From Actinomycetes bacterium (GTDB taxonomy: Bacteria; Actinomycetota; Acidimicrobiia; Acidimicrobiales; JAKAOS01), in NCBI GenBank assembly GCA_021795215.1, contig JAJYPS010000002.1:2748-66747 (forward strand): a stretch of DNA of 64,000 bases. The letters run 5' to 3'. The notes under the pieces were generated by a model. It worked only from the letters and a program-made list of their open reading frames with translations, ran no database searches and had not been told where the DNA came from. The translations under genes and the position numbers were made by a program. Shown here in pieces: positions 63,513 through 64,000 of the stretch; position 1 is the stretch's first letter; every line of letters begins with the position of its first letter.

Positions 63513-64000
63513 ATGGCGGCAGAAGCCTCGCAAATGTCCCGGTACTTGGACTTGCTCAAGCTGGTGGTCAAGTATGGCCGATCTGACCTGCTGAAGGAGG
63601 CGGGAACGGGCCTGGACGTCGATCCTGAGCGGGGGAAGGCCGACTACGACGACTACGACGGGAGGAAGACCGTCACTTCGGTCGGTGCGGACGCCGCCGG
63701 CAGCGCTGGGGTAGCGTCCAAAGCTGTCCAGCTGGCTGCAGACCTGGAGTCGATGGGTCCGACGTTCGTGAAGCTTGGCCAGCTGCTTTCCACTCGGAGC
63801 GACCTGTTGCCGCCTCCGTACACGGCCGCTCTGGCCCGCCTGCAGGACCAGGTGGAGCCGGTTCCGTTCGAACAGGTCCAGAGGCTGGTCGAAGATCAGC
63901 TGGGAATGCCGGTCGGAAAGGCGTTCCGTTCGTTCGAGCCGGTACCGGTGGCGGCCGCTTCCCTGGGTCAGGTGCACAGGGCCGTTCTTCCTAACGGCCG
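63513..64000 (+). CDS. ABC1/UbiB-family atypical kinase (3' end outside window)
   Basis: My own translation from the ATG at 63513 is MAAEASQMSRYLDLLKLVVKYGRSDLL...GPTFVKLGQLLSTRSDLLPPPYTAALARLQDQVEPVPF...AAASLGQVHRAVLPNG, the canonical ABC1 N-terminal motifs. The ORF is open to the window end and is absent from the ORF track for that reason. Confidence 0.85.
   Translation, partial: MAAEASQMSRYLDLLKLVVKYGRSDLLKEAGTGLDVDPERGKADYDDYDGRKTVTSVGADAAGSAGVASKAVQLAADLESMGPTFVKLGQLLSTRSDLLPPPYTAALARLQDQVEPVPFEQVQRLVEDQLGMPVGKAFRSFEPVPVAAASLGQVHRAVLPNG

Noticed and set aside
62791-63571. Track ORFs 62791-63192 (-) and 63086-63571 (-), considered as possible integrase or other island genes next to tRNA-Arg.
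   Set aside because: Both run straight through the tRNA-Arg gene and show no recombinase motifs. The GGSNPSERA and EGWGFESLRA stretches are simply translated tRNA sequence.

Overview
This is a densely coding, high-GC (by eye about two-thirds G+C) chromosomal segment of actinobacterial type. All family calls come from motif recognition in the supplied translations; I ran no searches. I support about 58 protein-coding genes, 3 tRNAs, 2 gene remnants and several intergenic tandem repeats.

Main blocks:
- (a) 1-1313: the right end of an integrated element. A large serine recombinase is cut by the window edge and its ORF runs into tRNA-Ala(TGC).
- (b) 3254-12991: housekeeping and accessory genes. 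These are an orphan CHASE3/HAMP/GAF histidine kinase, a DinB-like protein, a MacB/FtsX-type ABC pair, a divergent LysR + TDT/TehA-type transporter pair, and a hemerythrin-domain protein.
- (c) 13165-20151: the conserved actinobacterial cell-envelope signalling cluster crgA - trpG/pabA-like - pknB - pbpA - pstP - fhaB - fhaA - tRNA-Leu(CAG). It has no rodA/ftsW-type gene and no second kinase.
- (d) 20303-27404: FkbM methyltransferase, long-form dCTP-deaminase-like protein, PhoU, a NERD protein, an alpha/beta hydrolase, a methyltransferase, DoxX and a secreted protein.
- (e) 27537-37796: an AddAB/AdnAB-type helicase-nuclease pair, a lytic transglycosylase, mycoredoxin and a DEVH helicase.
- (f) 37817-41092: a ClC channel, ppgK and cutA.
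- (g) 41101-49862: the most unusual gene set. It contains a DUF4214-methyltransferase, an MFS transporter, a SPASM-less radical SAM enzyme translationally coupled to an AhpD-like CxxC protein, DUF2064, a methylthioribose kinase homolog with a Gly-rich insertion, a GT2 glycosyltransferase and an SDR epimerase with a zinc-ribbon insertion.
- (h) 49893-52411: three consecutive rRNA methyltransferases that all target the decoding centre. They are a KamB/NpmA-family 16S A1408 enzyme, RlmH, and a DUF371-RsmI fusion.
- (i) 52417-60002: HxlR regulator, SSS transporter, DsrE-like protein behind a 9-bp VNTR, a lower-GC APC permease next to an OppC/DppC C-terminal remnant, GGT and GNAT.
- (j) 60099-63219: a degraded island next to tRNA-Arg(ACG), holding a lipoprotein, an MmyB-type regulator remnant, an RHH protein and an unknown 244-aa protein.
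- (k) 63513-64000: the start of an ABC1/UbiB kinase, running off the window.

I saw no CRISPR array, rRNA gene or intact IS element. Many long alternative-frame ORFs in the track are high-GC artefacts.
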